From a bacterium (lineage in GTDB: Bacteria; Omnitrophota; Gorgyraeia; Velamenicoccales; JABMQK01), in assembly GCA_013203265.1 (NCBI GenBank), contig JABMQK010000209.1, positions 1-25,009 of the forward strand: a DNA stretch of 25,009 nucleotides. Direction: 5' to 3'. Positions 1-7,045 of the stretch are shown piece after piece (position 1 is the stretch's first letter; the number at the start of each line of letters is the position of its first letter). Below the pieces are notes generated by a model. The model was not told the DNA's origin. It searched no databases and worked only from the letters and a program-made list of their open reading frames with translations. The translations under genes were made by a program, and so were the position numbers.

Positions 1-10
1 TAAAGATACG

Positions 11-155
11 TCAGCCTTTGGCTGAAATTCCGACCGCCCTTTGTCTCAAAGGGCGGGACCAGATAGGCATTACTTAATTCCGATACGACCCAGCCCTTTT
101 GAAAAAAGGGCTGTCCGAAAGGAAGGTAGTGCACGAGAGTGAGTGCCTATCTGGT
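11..155. repeat. Cluster of palindromes / multi-hairpin intergenic element upstream of rsmD (left edge may be cut by the window)
   Basis: Hairpins TCAGCC-ttt-GGCTGA (11-25) and CCGCCCTTTG-tct-CAAAGGGCGG (34-56). A long stem ACCAGATAGGCAT (58-70) / GTGCCTATCTGGT (143-155) encloses CAGCCCTTTT-gaa-AAAAGGGCTG (91-113) and TCC-GAAA-GGA (114-123). Confidence 0.8.
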
Positions 156-260
156 TAAAAAATTTATTATCAATTAGATTTTCTTTAAGTCCAACTTTGA
201 TAACCCAAAGTCATATTAGAGAAAAGCTTAAATAGAGATTAGTAGAAAGTTTTTATTTTT

Positions 261-827
261 ATGCGAGTCAATAGTGGATTATTTAAATCGAGAATAATAA
301 ATTACCCTAAGCACATTCGTCCTACGGCAGATAAGGTGAGAAAGGGGTTGTTTGATGTTTTGAGGGCCAAGATAGTTGATTCGCATTTTTTAGAGTTGTT
401 TGCAGGTAGTGGAGCTGTAGGAATTGAGGCTTTATCCAATGGTGTCAATGAAGTATTTTTTGTAGAGAAAGATAGGCAATGTTGTAAGATTATAGAGAAA
501 AACCTATCACAGTTAGGCTTAGTGCCTAAAGAGGACGATACATATAAGAATATATTTATTTTAGCAATGGATGCTTTCAGGATAATTGATATTTTTTCTA
601 GAAAAAATAGGAAGTTTGACATTATTTTCTTGGATCCGCCGTACTATAAGGATCTTGCAAAAAAAACCTTGCAAAAGTTAGCAGCCTGTGATATATTATC
701 GCCTCACGCTTTGATTGTTGTAGAACATAGTAGAAGAGATTGTCTCGATGAGAGCATTTTTAACTTAACTTCTTTTAAACAAAAGAGATACGGAGATACA
801 GTATTATCATTTTACAAGAAGATGTAA
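261..827 (+). CDS. rsmD: 16S rRNA (guanine966-N2)-methyltransferase RsmD
   Basis: RPTADKVR, FLELFAGSGAVGIEALS (SAM-binding) and DIIFLDPPY motifs; canonical position upstream of coaD. Confidence 0.95.
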   Translation: MRVNSGLFKSRIINYPKHIRPTADKVRKGLFDVLRAKIVDSHFLELFAGSGAVGIEALSNGVNEVFFVEKDRQCCKIIEKNLSQLGLVPKEDDTYKNIFILAMDAFRIIDIFSRKNRKFDIIFLDPPYYKDLAKKTLQKLAACDILSPHALIVVEHSRRDCLDESIFNLTSFKQKRYGDTVLSFYKKM

Positions 828-858
828 TGTAGGGGGCGCATTGCAATACTCCCTTGCA
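828..858 (+). repeat. Degenerate GTAG-type REP palindrome
   Basis: tGTAGGGGGCGcATTGCAATacTCCCTTGCa: GTAG tag at 829-832, self-complementary core ATTGCAAT (840-847), imperfect GC-rich arms in AT-rich surroundings. Confidence 0.6.
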
Positions 859-884
859 TATTCGATTAACAAAAAGAGAAAAAA

Positions 885-1370
885 ATGTGCCAAAAAGCCA
901 TATATCCAGGTAGTTTTGATCCCATAACTTATGGCCATATCGATATAATAAAACGGGCATTAAAGATTTTTGATGAGGTAATTGTGGCCGTAGCAAATAA
1001 TTCTAGCAAAAGACCACTCTTGTCTACATCAGAAAGAGTAAAAATGGTTAAACAAGCTACAAAGGGTTTTGATCGTATAGTGGTTGAGAGTTTTGATGGA
1101 TTGGTTGTTGAATATGCGCACAAGAAAAGGATAGGGGTTATCGTAAGGGGATTGCGAATGATCTCTGATTTTGAATACGAATTTCAGATGGCGCTTACAA
1201 ATAGAAAGTTAGCCCCCGATGTAGAAACCATATATCTTATGCCTTCAGAGTCATATAGTTATATTTCATCTAAGTTGTTAAAAGAAGCCGCTTTTTTAGG
1301 TGCGGATATATCTAATTTTGTTCCGAAATCTATAGAAAAGAAATTAAAGGCGAAATTCAAAAAGAAGTAG
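885..1370 (+). CDS. coaD: Phosphopantetheine adenylyltransferase
   Basis: AIYPGSFDPITYGHIDII (HxGH-type motif), RGLRMISDFEYEFQMA, ISSKLLKE. Confidence 0.98.
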   Translation: MCQKAIYPGSFDPITYGHIDIIKRALKIFDEVIVAVANNSSKRPLLSTSERVKMVKQATKGFDRIVVESFDGLVVEYAHKKRIGVIVRGLRMISDFEYEFQMALTNRKLAPDVETIYLMPSESYSYISSKLLKEAAFLGADISNFVPKSIEKKLKAKFKKK

Positions 1371-1384
1371 ATGTTATATTTTTT

Positions 1385-1816
1385 ATGAAGATAGATATAA
1401 TGAGGCTAAAAGAAAACATAGTTGATAATTTTCAGGAATCGTATGATCCTAGAGACCTCGATTTAGACACCAGTGAAGTAAAATACCAAGACAGTATTAA
1501 TATTTCTACAGAAGTAAGAAAAGAGATGCGAGTCCTTTTTGCCAAAACACATTTTAGCGCTACAGTTGAATTGATTTGTTCTCGTTGTCTTAAACAATAT
1601 AGAAATGTGATAGATAGAGATTTTGATATTAAATATCCTTTGGATAAATCAGAACAATTTGTCGATATTACACAAGACATAAGGCAAGAGATTATTTTAG
1701 GTTATCCTGTAAAATTCTTGTGCAAGCCTGATTGTCGTGGACTTTGCCCTAGATGTGGCAAAGATTTAAACAAAGGGGTTTGTGATTGTCAAATGAAGTC
1801 CAAACTTAGCGAATAG
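1385..1816 (+). CDS. yceD: DUF177/YceD family metal-binding protein
   Basis: CSRCL and CKPDCRGLCPRCGKDLNKGVCDC cysteine motifs; canonical position upstream of rpmF. The last ~8 codons overlap the composite repeat. Confidence 0.9.
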   Translation: MKIDIMRLKENIVDNFQESYDPRDLDLDTSEVKYQDSINISTEVRKEMRVLFAKTHFSATVELICSRCLKQYRNVIDRDFDIKYPLDKSEQFVDITQDIRQEIILGYPVKFLCKPDCRGLCPRCGKDLNKGVCDCQMKSKLSE

Positions 1817-2032
1817 GGTGAAGCTAAGTTTGATGTCTGAATTTGACCCCCACACCAATTTTTGTTTAGAATAGAGTGGGATCTGTAAAAATATTCTATA
1901 AATTACGTATGAATCACCATAAACCAAAACAATTTGTAGAATTGGTGTGGGGGTTCAATTCCGACTAACAACTTATGTTTGTCCGCCACAAAATATTGTC
2001 GGACTCCATAAGTTGTGTCGTCATTGAAGGAG
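1788..2032. mobile_element. Composite three-stem palindromic element (MITE/REP-like), copy 1
   Basis: Stem 1 CAAACTTAGC (1801-1810) / GCTAAGTTTG (1823-1832); stem 2 GAATTTGACCCCCACACCAATT (1839-1860) / AATTGGTGTGGGGGTTCAATTC (1940-1961); stem 3 ACAACTTATG (1968-1977) / CATAAGTTGT (2007-2016). Same skeleton recurs at 24272-24501. Mobility is inferred, not shown. Confidence 0.7.
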
Positions 2033-2040
2033 AGTAACTA

Positions 2041-2271
2041 ATGGCTTTACCTAAACGTAGACATTCGGTAGCAAGAGGAAGAAAGCGTCGCACGCATTGG
2101 AAGATAAATTTGCGCCAGACTATTATTTGTCCTCAATGCAAACAAGAAAAGCTGCCGCATCACATCTGTCCATCCTGTGGTTATTATAAAGGCAAAGAGG
2201 TTTTAAAGATTGAGACTGTTGCGGAGAGAAAGAAAAGAAAAGAGAAAAAAAGAGACAAAAGAAAGAAATAA
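2041..2271 (+). CDS. rpmF: 50S ribosomal protein L32, zinc-binding (C+) form with basic C-terminal extension
   Basis: MALPKRRHSVARGRKRRTHW, CPQC and HICPSCGYY; SD AAGGAG at 2027-2032. Confidence 0.97.
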   Translation: MALPKRRHSVARGRKRRTHWKINLRQTIICPQCKQEKLPHHICPSCGYYKGKEVLKIETVAERKKRKEKKRDKRKK

Positions 2272-2304
2272 CTTTTTATTTTCGTAAAAGCTTTTGATAC
2301 ATTC

Positions 2305-2507
2305 GGCGGCGCCAAACCTTACCATTTATGGTGGGGACAAAAGCGCCGCCTCAGTATTCCTTCGACATGCTCAGGATGCTTCGAAGGATGCTGAGCGAAG
2401 CCGAAGCACAACCCTGAGCCCGTTCGACTTTGCTCAGGGCTCAGTCCTGAGCTTAGTCGAAGGACTGAGCAAACTCTGGTTTAGCTCGGGGTGCGTCGAA
2501 AGGGTTG
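2305..2507. repeat. Nested array of REP-like palindromes (TTCGAC-nnn-GCTCAGG ... CCTGAGC-nnn-GTCGAAGG family) preceded by a GC-rich hairpin
   Basis: GGCGGCGC (2305-2312) / GCGCCGCC (2343-2350) encloses CCTTACCAT-tt-ATGGTGGGG. Arms CCTTCGACATGCTCAGG (2359-2375), TGCTGAGCGAAGCCGAAGCA (2389-2408), CCGTTCGACTTTGCTCAGG (2420-2438), TCCTGAGCTTAGTCGAAGGA (2445-2464); CAACCCT (2409-2415) / AGGGTTG (2501-2507). Confidence 0.85.
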
Positions 2508-2584
2508 ATTTTGTATTAATGGTTTTGATTATTTAAGAATTCAAAGAGGATATAAAAAAGAATTGTAAGTTAACGGAGAAGAAG

Positions 2585-3613
2585 ATGAAGATAGCTGTTG
2601 ATGCTATGGGCGGTGATCATGCTCCAAAGGTTGTAGTTCAAGGAGCGGTAGAGGCTGTGAAGAACTATGATTTAGATATTTTGCTTGTTGGGAATTCCAA
2701 GCTAATAGAAAAAGAAATTCGTAAAATTAGAAATTGTCCCAAAGACAGGATTAAAATTGTCCATACCGACGAAGTTATCGAAATGGATGATTTACCAACA
2801 GCGAGTGTGCGAAGGAAGAAAAACTCTTCGATTTCCTTAGGAATAAATTTACTAAAGTCAAAAGAAGCTGATGCATTTGTTAGTGCAGGCAATACTGGTG
2901 CGGTTGTTTGTGCAGGGACGTTATATTTAGGTTTGCTGCCTGGGATTGAGCGTCCGGGAATTGCTATATTGTTCCCTACACTAAAGGGTATTTCATTAGT
3001 CGTTGATGTAGGGGCGAATATCGACCCTAAACCACTGCATCTTTTACAATATGCAATAATGGCAGATGCATATTATAGGCATGTGTTGGGACATAAAGAT
3101 AAACCAAGCCTTGGTCTATTAAATGTTGGCGAAGAGGTTACAAAGGGAACTGAATTTGTAAAAGAAACACATAGATTGCTTAGTCAGAGTTCACTAAATT
3201 TTGTTGGCAATGTTGAGGGGAAAGAAATATTTTCTGGAAATTGCCATATAATCGTTTGTGATGGATATGTGGGTAATGTAGCCCTTAAAGTTACAGAAAG
3301 TGTAGCAGAGATGCTCACTGAATTTCTACGAAGAGCGATACTAAGAGGTTTCTGGGGTAAGTTAGGGACATTGTTTTTAATTGGGAATTTAAGACGTTTC
3401 AAAAAAGATATAGATTATTCTGAATATGGAGGAGCGCCACTTTTAGGTGTTAATGGAGTAGTTATTATTGCCCACGGTCGTTCTTCCAGTAATGCTATAA
3501 AGAATGCAATTAGAGCTGCTAAGCTAGAGGTTGATAATGGAGTAAATCAGAAAATTATCGATGTAGTATCAATTGTACAAAAGAAAGTTACCTCACAAGA
3601 TACTCTCCTTTAA
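2585..3613 (+). CDS. plsX: Phosphate acyltransferase PlsX
   Basis: KIAVDAMGGDHAP, VSAGNTGA, RPGIA, DVGAN, GLLNVGEE, GNVEG, CDGYVGNVALK, GGAPLLGV, HGRS. Confidence 0.98.
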   Translation: MKIAVDAMGGDHAPKVVVQGAVEAVKNYDLDILLVGNSKLIEKEIRKIRNCPKDRIKIVHTDEVIEMDDLPTASVRRKKNSSISLGINLLKSKEADAFVSAGNTGAVVCAGTLYLGLLPGIERPGIAILFPTLKGISLVVDVGANIDPKPLHLLQYAIMADAYYRHVLGHKDKPSLGLLNVGEEVTKGTEFVKETHRLLSQSSLNFVGNVEGKEIFSGNCHIIVCDGYVGNVALKVTESVAEMLTEFLRRAILRGFWGKLGTLFLIGNLRRFKKDIDYSEYGGAPLLGVNGVVIIAHGRSSSNAIKNAIRAAKLEVDNGVNQKIIDVVSIVQKKVTSQDTLL

Positions 3614-3629
3614 AAAATCATTATAAATA

Positions 3630-4577
3630 ATGTTGGCATTTATTTTTCCTAGTCAGGGCGCTCAGTTTGTTGGAATGGGCAAGGATCTTTATGAGAATTT
3701 CTCTAGCTCAAGAGATATATTTAAAAAAGCAGATGAGGTGTTAGAATTTAGTGTTTCAGACCTTTGTTTTAATGGTCCACCAGATAAATTAATCTCAACA
3801 GAGAATGCTCAACCAGCGATATTAACAGTCAGTATTGCTGCCTTAGAGGCCATTAAAGAATATATTAAAAATACTTCTTCCAATTTAAACTTGTTGCCTA
3901 AATTTGTTGCTGGTTTGAGTTTGGGTGAGTATTCTGCGCTTGTCGCAGCAGATGTTTTATCATTTGAAGATGGGGTCTGCTTAGTGAGGAAACGAGGCCA
4001 ATTTATGGAAGAAGCAGCAAGGAATAATCCTGGTAAGATGCTTTCTATAATTGGTCTCTCCAAGGAAGTTGTTGAGGGAATTTGTAAGAGCAGTGATTGC
4101 GAGATTGCAAACTTAAACTGCCCAGGTCAAATTGTTATTTCTGGAAAGATTGATCAGATAGAAAGGGCGATGAATTTAGCCAAGGATAAAGGTGCAAAAC
4201 GAACTATTTTATTGGATGTAAGCGGTGCTTTTCATTGTTCTTTAATGAAGGAAGCAGAGTTAAAACTGGCTTCAGAAATTCATAAGTTAAAATTTAATCC
4301 ACCCAAAATTCCCATCATCAGCAACGTTACAGCTAAGAGCCAGGAAGATATAGATGGCATTTCCAATAATTTAATAAAACAGGTAAGTTCTTCTACATAT
4401 TGGGAGGATTCTATCAGTTTTATGGTTGCACAAGGAGTAGATTGTTTTTTGGAGATCGGCCCTGGAGTTGTATTGAGAGGATTAAATAGAAGGATAGCCC
4501 CAGATATCAAGACACTAAATTTAGGCAATATAGAACAAATTAAGTCTTTTGTTTCTGATAATCTAAAAAATAATTAG
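3630..4577 (+). CDS. fabD: Malonyl-CoA:ACP transacylase
   Basis: FIFPSQGAQFVGMG, TENAQPAI, GLSLGEY (catalytic Ser), NLNCPGQIVISG, VSGAFHC, EIGPG. Confidence 0.97.
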   Translation: MLAFIFPSQGAQFVGMGKDLYENFSSSRDIFKKADEVLEFSVSDLCFNGPPDKLISTENAQPAILTVSIAALEAIKEYIKNTSSNLNLLPKFVAGLSLGEYSALVAADVLSFEDGVCLVRKRGQFMEEAARNNPGKMLSIIGLSKEVVEGICKSSDCEIANLNCPGQIVISGKIDQIERAMNLAKDKGAKRTILLDVSGAFHCSLMKEAELKLASEIHKLKFNPPKIPIISNVTAKSQEDIDGISNNLIKQVSSSTYWEDSISFMVAQGVDCFLEIGPGVVLRGLNRRIAPDIKTLNLGNIEQIKSFVSDNLKNN

Positions 4578-4588
4578 AAGGAGAACGA

Positions 4589-5329
4589 ATGAAATTAAAA
4601 GACAGAGTAAGTTTGATTACAGGAGCGGCAAGAGGCATAGGTAGAGAAATCGCTCTTAAATTTGCCAAGGAAGGCAGCGATATCGTTGTTTGTGATGTAG
4701 ATTTAGAAGCGGCTCAGAATACACAGAAGGAGATTGAAGAATTGGGTCGTCGGGCTCTAAGTTTTAAAGTTGATGTTACTAATTTAGGACAGATTGAAGA
4801 GATGGTGAATTTAATACTTGACAAATTCTCTAAGATTGATATATTAGTAAACAATGCTGGCATTACAAAAGACAATTTAATCTTAAGGATGTCAGAAGAA
4901 GATTGGGATAAAGTGCTCTCTGTCAATTTAAAAGGCGCATTCAACTGTATGAAGGTTGTATCGCGCAGAATGCTTAAGAAGCGATATGGAAAAATCGTAA
5001 ATATTGCTTCGATTATCGGCATGATTGGAAATGCTGGCCAATCAAATTATGCTGCATCCAAAGGTGGCTTGATAGCTTTAACTAAATCCCTGGCAAAAGA
5101 GTTGGCTTCACGAAATATCAACGTAAATGCAGTTGCCCCGGGTTTTATTGAAACGCCTATGACAGCAAAATTACCAGAGGATTATAAGAAGCTGATGTTA
5201 GAAAATATTCCTATGGGTAAGTTTGGCGGACCGGAAGATGTGGCAAAGGTTTGTTTATTTTTGGCCGGTTCTGAATCCGATTACATAACAGGACAGGTGA
5301 TTGTAGTCGATGGTGGCATGATTATGTAG
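4589..5329 (+). CDS. fabG: 3-oxoacyl-ACP reductase
   Basis: ITGAARGIG, LVNNAGIT, NYAASKGG (YxxxK), NAVAPGFI, ITGQVIVVDGGM. Confidence 0.98.
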   Translation: MKLKDRVSLITGAARGIGREIALKFAKEGSDIVVCDVDLEAAQNTQKEIEELGRRALSFKVDVTNLGQIEEMVNLILDKFSKIDILVNNAGITKDNLILRMSEEDWDKVLSVNLKGAFNCMKVVSRRMLKKRYGKIVNIASIIGMIGNAGQSNYAASKGGLIALTKSLAKELASRNINVNAVAPGFIETPMTAKLPEDYKKLMLENIPMGKFGGPEDVAKVCLFLAGSESDYITGQVIVVDGGMIM

Positions 5330-5447
5330 TTGCAGCATAGTCAGAGAAGTTACAGAACGTCAAATATTAATTTTAGCAATTGAGATATCATAAATCTCTG
5401 CACTTACAGATTGTTAAGTAAGTGGACATAAAGCAGGAGGTAGACAA

Positions 5448-5693
5448 ATGGTAGATGTACCAGAAAAAATTAAGTCCATAATTTCAGAACAATTAGGAGT
5501 AAAACCAGAAGAGGTTACTCCACAGGCTTCATTTATCGAGGACTTAGGTGCTGATTCTCTTGATACAGTGGAGTTGGTTATGGCATTGGAAGAGGAATTT
5601 GGAGTTGAGATTCCTGATGAAGATGCAGAAAAAATGGCCACCGTTGGAGATGCTATTAAATATATCGAAGAAAAATCTAATAGCAAACAATAA
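5448..5693 (+). CDS. acpP: Acyl carrier protein
   Basis: [20 protein letters not shown] (phosphopantetheine Ser); SD AGGAGG upstream. Confidence 0.98.
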   Translation: MVDVPEKIKSIISEQLGVKPEEVTPQASFIEDLGADSLDTVELVMALEEEFGVEIPDEDAEKMATVGDAIKYIEEKSNSKQ

Positions 5694-5716
5694 AATAAAT
5701 ATAGATTTTAAATTGT

Positions 5717-5748
5717 GCCCTCCAATTATTTTTGGGGGGTTTCTCTTT
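5717..5748 (+). terminator. Probable (weak) intrinsic terminator after acpP
   Basis: GCCCTCCAA (5717-5725) / TTGGGGGGT (5732-5740) stem with G-U pairs, followed by TTCTCTTT. Confidence 0.55.
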
Positions 5749-5761
5749 ATATAAGATTGTT

Positions 5762-7006
5762 ATGGGGAAAAGAAGAGTAGTCATTACAGGTTTAGGTGCG
5801 ATATCTCCCGTAGGGAATGATGTTTCTACCATATGGGATTCGCTTTTAAAAGGCAAAAGCGGAATTGCAAAAATAACTGCTTTTGATGCCTCTGAATTTA
5901 CTTCTCAGATTGGAGGAGAAGTTAAAGATTTTGATCCTCTTAAATATTTTTCATCAAAAGAATCAAGAAGAATGGCGAAATTCGTTCAGTTTGCTGTAGT
6001 TGCAGCAAAAGAGGCGATGGCAGACTCCGGGGTCGATATTTCAAAAGAAGATCCTTATCGAGTAGGAGTTTTAGTTGGTTCGGGTGTTGGTAGTCTTCAA
6101 GTAATGCAAGAACAATGCAGGAATTATGAAACCAAAGGACCTTCGAAAATTTCTCCTTTTATGATACCGCTGTTGATTGTAAATGAAGCAGCGGGCAATA
6201 TTGCGATAGCTCTAGGAGCAAAGGGTCCTAATTCTTGCGTGGCTACTGCTTGTGCTACGGGAAGTCATTCTATAGGTGATGCGTTTAGAATTATTGAACG
6301 TGGTAATGCAGATATCATGGTTAGCGGTGGTTCTGAAAGCTGTGTTACGCCTATGGGCGTGGGCGGATTTTGTTCTTTGAAGGCTTTATCGTGTAGAAAT
6401 GATGAACCAGAAAGGGCTTCTCGACCATTTGATAAGGAGAGAGATGGTTTTATTATGGCAGAAGGGGCTGGTGTTGTGATTTTAGAGGAATTAGAGCACG
6501 CTAAGAAACGCGCTGCCAAGATATATGGTGAGATCGTTGGATATGGCATGACAGGTGATGCATATCATATTACCGCTCCTCATCCTCAAGGTGAAGCTTC
6601 TGCTAAGGCGATGGAGTTTGCTTTAATAGATGCAAATTTTAATCCGCAAGACATACAATATATTAATGCCCACGGCACCTCTACACAGTTAAATGACAAA
6701 ATTGAAACTAAAGCAATAAAGATGGCTTTTAATACCCAGGCCAATAAATTAGCCATAAGTTCTACTAAATCTATGACAGGTCATTTAATTGGAGCTGCTG
6801 GAGGATTAGAATTTATTGTTTGTGTTTTAGCAATTAAGGATAATGTTGCCCCTCCTACAATTAATCTTGAGAATTCGGATCCCGAATGTGACTTAGATTA
6901 TGTGCCCAATCAGGCCCGCCAAATGGAAATCACAGCCGCTATGTCTAATTCCTTAGGGTTTGGTGGTCATAATGCAAGCCTCGTCCTTCAGAAATTTAAG
7001 AGATAG
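5762..7006 (+). CDS. fabF: 3-oxoacyl-ACP synthase II
   Basis: RRVVITGLG, TACATG (Cys), INAHGTST (His), TGHLIGAAG (His), SNSLGFGGHN. Start moved from 5732 to ATG 5762 because the upstream ATG lies inside the terminator stem and homology begins at MGKRRVV. Confidence 0.97.
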   Translation: MGKRRVVITGLGAISPVGNDVSTIWDSLLKGKSGIAKITAFDASEFTSQIGGEVKDFDPLKYFSSKESRRMAKFVQFAVVAAKEAMADSGVDISKEDPYRVGVLVGSGVGSLQVMQEQCRNYETKGPSKISPFMIPLLIVNEAAGNIAIALGAKGPNSCVATACATGSHSIGDAFRIIERGNADIMVSGGSESCVTPMGVGGFCSLKALSCRNDEPERASRPFDKERDGFIMAEGAGVVILEELEHAKKRAAKIYGEIVGYGMTGDAYHITAPHPQGEASAKAMEFALIDANFNPQDIQYINAHGTSTQLNDKIETKAIKMAFNTQANKLAISSTKSMTGHLIGAAGGLEFIVCVLAIKDNVAPPTINLENSDPECDLDYVPNQARQMEITAAMSNSLGFGGHNASLVLQKFKR

Positions 7007-7045
7007 ATTTAACAACCTGCATTACTTTCACTGCATTTATTTTTA

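Noticed and set aside
112-130. GTCCGAAAGGAAG resembles SRP RNA helix 8 (GTCCGGAAGGAAGCAGC)
   Set aside because: The conserved CAGG and AGCAG internal-loop bases are missing and flanks do not fit; an Rfam search would settle it.
513-529. TTAGGC-ttagt-GCCTAA hairpin in a slightly extended RsmD loop
   Set aside because: A 6-bp stem is expected by chance in 25 kb and matches no other repeat family here.
1788-2507. Possible CRISPR array or riboswitch in the repeat-rich spacers
   Set aside because: No regularly spaced direct repeats with unique spacers, no cas genes, and no riboswitch consensus I can recognise.
2294-2536. 80-aa + strand ORF (…PFDFAQG…LSLVEG…)
   Set aside because: It is the translation of the nested REP array; no SD, no protein family features.
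3585-3599. Heptamer-like AAGTTAC CTCACAAG at the PlsX C-terminus; also CTGCATT twice at 14-nt spacing (7017-7037)
   Set aside because: Too short and degenerate to distinguish from chance.
3910-3933. FabD GLSLG instead of GHSLG
   Set aside because: Catalytic Ser is intact and this variant is common among FabD proteins.
5732-5761. Longer N-termini for fabF (5732) and truA (12506) given by the ORF track
   Set aside because: The extensions lie in a terminator stem or inside the upstream CDS; homology begins at the downstream ATGs (5762 and 12536).
7007-7045. Leucine attenuator upstream of leuC
   Set aside because: Only 39 bp, with no Leu-rich leader peptide or terminator hairpin.
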